A DNA stretch of 64,000 nt from Gammaproteobacteria bacterium (GTDB taxonomy: Bacteria; Pseudomonadota; Gammaproteobacteria; Acidiferrobacterales; UBA6901), in NCBI GenBank assembly GCA_028068195.1, contig JAPTTX010000090.1, positions 59,856 to 123,855 on the forward strand, in the 5' to 3' direction. Under the pieces are notes generated by a model. The model had not been told where the DNA came from and ran no database searches. It worked only from the letters and a program-made list of their open reading frames with translations. Position 1 is the first letter of the stretch; the number at the start of each line of letters is the position of its first letter. Both the position numbers and the translations under genes were made by a program. Shown piece after piece: positions 60,874 through 64,000 of the stretch.

Positions 60874-61938
60874 TCAGATCTCGTCGTCCACATCGGCGAC
60901 CCGGCTGTTGTTGGCGTTGCTCGTATAGGGGTACACCATCCGCTGGACATTCGGGTCGGGGTCGGTCGTGATCTCGCCGCTCATGCCGATGTAGAACACG
61001 TGCGGCTTGGTCCCGTACTCCGGGTGACGGACGACGCGCGGGTAGTGCGCCAGCAATTGGGAAACCTCGCTGTTGGGATCGTTGAAATCTCCGAACACCC
61101 GCGCCCGACCCACGCAGGTGGTCACGCACGCGGGCAACAGTCCCGCATCGACGCGCTCGACGCAAAACGTGCATTTATCGGCAGTATGCGACACCGGATC
61201 GAGATAGCGGGCGTCGTAGGGGCAGGCGTTAACACAGGTGCCGCAGCCGATGCACAGGCGGTGGTCGACCAGCACAATGCCGTCCTGGCGCTTGAACGTG
61301 GCCTTGACAGGGCACACTTCCACGCACGGCGGGTCATCGCAATGGTTGCAGATTTTCGGGACTGCCATGACCCGCACTTCCTGGCGGTAGCGCTGACCGT
61401 TATCTAGGACGACATCGCCGTTCGGATCCGGCACCGTATCTCCGGTCTGATACACGTCCACCCACGTGCGGAACGTACCGAGCGCCACATTGTTCTCGGA
61501 CTTGCACCCCACGACACACGCCTGGCACCCCACGCATTTGCGCACATCGATTACCATTCCCCAATGATGCTTGGGATGACTTTTCGGTATGCGGTCGAAC
61601 CGGTCATGATAGATAGGCAGATTGTTCGGATTGAGAACCGTGCCCCAGTCGTCCCAGCCGTCTTTGGTTTTCAGGCGCGGATTGTTCCATCCCTCCCAGC
61701 TCGGGTTCTCCGCGGGATTGACGCCGGTCTTTCCCGAAAGCCAGTAGAGCCCACTGTCGGCCGGCGGATCCTCCGCTGTTCCGCCTCTCGGACTCCTTGT
61801 GCCGGCGCTGGCTTGTACTGCCTTAGGAACGGACTGCAGCGCCGTTAACCCCAGCCCCCACAACAGGGATTTCTTCAGAACGTCTCGGCGTGGTTCGCTT
61901 GATTCTTTCCCACCGCTCTTCGGAGATTGCTTGGACAT
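60874..61938 (-). CDS. 4x[4Fe-4S] ferredoxin-type electron-transfer subunit with Tat signal (TtrB-like)
   Basis: Four Cys clusters (CVGCQACVVGC, CNHCDDPPCVEVCP, CIGCGTCVNACP, CTFC...C..C) and an N-terminal EPRRDVLKKSLL motif. The second ATG (61938) has GGAGG at 6 nt, and the ORF also opens at 61944. Confidence 0.9.
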   Translation of the reverse strand: MSKQSPKSGGKESSEPRRDVLKKSLLWGLGLTALQSVPKAVQASAGTRSPRGGTAEDPPADSGLYWLSGKTGVNPAENPSWEGWNNPRLKTKDGWDDWGTVLNPNNLPIYHDRFDRIPKSHPKHHWGMVIDVRKCVGCQACVVGCKSENNVALGTFRTWVDVYQTGDTVPDPNGDVVLDNGQRYRQEVRVMAVPKICNHCDDPPCVEVCPVKATFKRQDGIVLVDHRLCIGCGTCVNACPYDARYLDPVSHTADKCTFCVERVDAGLLPACVTTCVGRARVFGDFNDPNSEVSQLLAHYPRVVRHPEYGTKPHVFYIGMSGEITTDPDPNVQRMVYPYTSNANNSRVADVDDEI

Positions 61939-62401
61939 GTCCATCCTCCTCGTTCAGGATCCCCCGCCACAGCTCGGTTGCGCGTTTCCCGATGCGACGG
62001 TTTAGACCTTTATTTGGATTACAACGCAATACGTGATCCTGCCCAACCACGCAGCTTGGGTGGAATGTGCCCGGCGCAATGTACCCTCGCGCTTTGGGGT
62101 TTCAGAACCTCCCGCGCACACCCGGCAGCTGCCATTGCGAATTATGTGCCCCTTTATGACTTCTGTATGACAAATTTATTAACATACGTTCGGACAGGAT
62201 TTTTGCCTTTTATCAAAAATTAACGGTATTTTTGCCTCAAAATAGTTAGGCAACGGCGTGAATCGGGCTGCGCGGCTTTGGGTCGATTTTTTTGGCTCGA
62301 TTTTTCAAGCACAAAGCTGGGGCGTGTTGCAAATCCCTAAAACCATCCGACACAATGGCCAAACCTTGTATGGGGAACGGGTTATCTGAAAGGAGAACTT
62401 C

Positions 62402-63037
62402 TTGTCTCAAACAGCGACCGCAAGCCTCGGGGAACGTGAAGCGCTCTCGGAAATCTTCTTGCTTTTTTCGGCGCTATTCGATGGACCGCCGCCGACTCAA
62501 ATAGTCCCGAAGCTGCTAACGGAAACCTTTCCTGAATTGAGCAAAGCCGTAGGGCTGACTCCGCTTCGGGAAGCCATTGACCCAGCCGACTTCGCTACAG
62601 AATATGAGCCCTTGTTCCTCATCCCCGACGCCACGAATCCGCTCAGTCTCTACAGCAATCACTACGCTACCAGCGAGAAAAGCGGGGGGAAGGATCTCGC
62701 CGCGGAATTGGTCGTGCTGGCGGCAGCCTTGCAAATACCCTGGAGAAAGACCGAATTCGTCCCTGGCCGGGCCTACCCGGTCACCCCCGATCATCTGAGC
62801 GTCGAATTCGCGTTGCTGTCCGTCCTGGTCCTGAGAAATCCCGACACCGAAATCGCGGGCAAATCGGTCTTCATCTGGGCTGATCGGATGGCCAGAGAGG
62901 CCACGCAGACGCTCGAGAAACTGCATCAGATCCTGCAGGCGCTTCCGCGAAGATATCCGGCTTACGATACCGTCATTGCCCTTGCGCTTGCCTTCATGCA
63001 AACCTACGTGCAGGTGGAATTTTCGACGTCACCGTGA
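62402..63037 (+). CDS. TorD/DmsD-family redox-enzyme maturation chaperone
   Basis: 211 aa from a TTG start with AGGAG 6 nt upstream. EYEPLF and PDHLSVEFALLSVL motifs are typical of the TorD-like family. Confidence 0.78.
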   Translation: MSQTATASLGEREALSEIFLLFSALFDGPPPTQIVPKLLTETFPELSKAVGLTPLREAIDPADFATEYEPLFLIPDATNPLSLYSNHYATSEKSGGKDLAAELVVLAAALQIPWRKTEFVPGRAYPVTPDHLSVEFALLSVLVLRNPDTEIAGKSVFIWADRMAREATQTLEKLHQILQALPRRYPAYDTVIALALAFMQTYVQVEFSTSP

Positions 63038-63538
63038 TCCGGATTCTGTCTTACGGATAAAGAACGCCCAGCCCTTCGGCTGGATGGGCGTGATCTGCAG
63101 CAATGAATAGCCAGTGGCGCGACACCAGGCATCCACTTCATCCTTCGAGGCGGAACAGTTGCTAACCAGTTTCATGATCTCGCCGGGCCGCATCCCGTCC
63201 AGGATTAGCTTTGCCTCCACGACTGGCCCTGGGCAGTGCAGTCCGCGCACATCCAAGGATACGTTGACCTTGATCGGCGCCCGCTTACCCTTGCGAATGT
63301 AGTAACCGTTAGCCCTCGCTGTGTCTTTCCCGATTTTGAGGATTTCATTGTCCGTCAGCTTCATCCACGAGAACAAGTCATCCCGCGTACCAGGACAATC
63401 CGAGATCAATAGCAGTATCTCACCCGGCTTGAGATCGTCCAGCACCCTCTTGGCGCCGAGCAGGGTATGCGGACATTTCATTCCAGTGAGATTTAAAGTG
63501 ACATTAGCGGTGATTGGCATTGATCGAGCTTTCGTCAT
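63029..63538 (-). CDS. tandem TusA/SirA-like sulfurtransferase-domain protein
   Basis: Two TusA-like repeats. Domain 1 reads LNLTGMKCPHTLLGAKRVL..GEILLLISD. Domain 2 reads LDVRGLHCPGPVVEAKLIL..GEIMKLVSN. The start is uncertain (ATG 63538 or TTG 63547). Confidence 0.8.
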   Translation of the reverse strand: MTKARSMPITANVTLNLTGMKCPHTLLGAKRVLDDLKPGEILLLISDCPGTRDDLFSWMKLTDNEILKIGKDTARANGYYIRKGKRAPIKVNVSLDVRGLHCPGPVVEAKLILDGMRPGEIMKLVSNCSASKDEVDAWCRATGYSLLQITPIQPKGWAFFIRKTESGSR

Positions 63539-64000
63539 GGCTTTCAATCAAATTTCAACGGAAAAATTGATAGGAGAAAATTTCAATCATCATCTCGTAA
63601 AAATGCTCACATTCAACTGGGGTGTCCGCCCTCCTTGTGCCTGCCGAGCCATCGGGCTCAGAAAAGTCTGGTTTTTAGCAAGTCCCGACACCAATTCTCC
63701 GCGATCACCACCCATGCCGGCTTCACAACATTATGACCCACTGCATGTCATGCCATGCGTGCCAAATTGTTTGACCGCGCATAGGACGTAGGCTTTTGGG
63801 CCGCAAGCGGATTGGCGCCCGGGGTGGTACCGGCGAACGGCGCCAGGCCACTGGAAAGTACCGCTACAATGATGATCCCCGCCGGCCACTGATCTCTTCA
63901 TGATTATCTCCAAGCAAATCAGACCGGAATTCGACGACGCAGTTCTCTCCAAAAAAAATGGGGGCCGGAGCCCCCGCAAATTCACTCTGGGAGGAGAAAT

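Noticed and set aside
63731-63985. 84-aa minus-strand ORF (internal MKRSVAGGDHHCSG...) at the window edge.
   Set aside because: It has no convincing ribosome-binding site. A signal-peptide-like sequence (IIIVAVLSSGLAPFAG) appears only in a different frame without a start codon, so the coding status is unresolved. The GGGAGGAG at 63989-63996 suggests a plus-strand gene starting just beyond the window.

Overview
GC-rich proteobacterial chromosomal segment. Its housekeeping backbone has the gene order I know from Pseudomonas-type Gammaproteobacteria. Taxonomy was not tested and is only an impression.

Layout:
- 1-14.7 kb: complete 14-gene NADH:quinone oxidoreductase operon nuoA-N, minus strand.
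- 14.9-27 kb: tRNA-Leu(GAG), secG, tpiA, glmM, folP, ftsH, rlmE, a DUF4149-like membrane protein, greA, carB, carA.
- 27-31 kb: a hexapeptide-repeat acetyltransferase, dapB, then an msrQ-msrP pair plus a Tat-signal DsrE-like protein. These sit between dapB and dnaJ.
- 31-36.4 kb: heat-shock block dnaJ-dnaK-grpE-hrcA. A near-perfect CIRCE operator lies upstream of hrcA, and sigma-32-type promoters lie upstream of grpE and dnaK.
- 36.5-43.7 kb: nadK, recN, a GNAT acetyltransferase, fur, bamE, rnfH, ratA, an NSS-family Na+ symporter, smpB and tmRNA (ssrA, tag ANDDNYALAA).
- 43.9-51.2 kb: a P4-type tyrosine integrase directly downstream of ssrA marks the left end of a genomic island. Its cargo is coding-sparse: small membrane proteins, a DUF1640-like protein, an IS4-family element with intact inverted repeats and a 10-11 bp target duplication, and an ABC-ATPase fragment.
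- 51.2-63.5 kb: a molybdenum block on the minus strand, moaA, a private TatA paralog, moaD, moeB, moeA and moaB, with two decayed members. moaE is an internal-deletion remnant and moaC has multiple lesions.
- This block is followed by a Tat-exported molybdopterin oxidoreductase in FeS-NrfD-catalytic (BCA) order that looks tetrathionate-reductase-like. A TorD-like chaperone and an unusual tandem-TusA protein flank it.

The Mo/sulfur module is the most interesting candidate system in the window. No rRNA genes or CRISPR arrays were seen. Many long ORFs on the opposite strand of conserved genes are GC-rich shadow ORFs and are not annotated.
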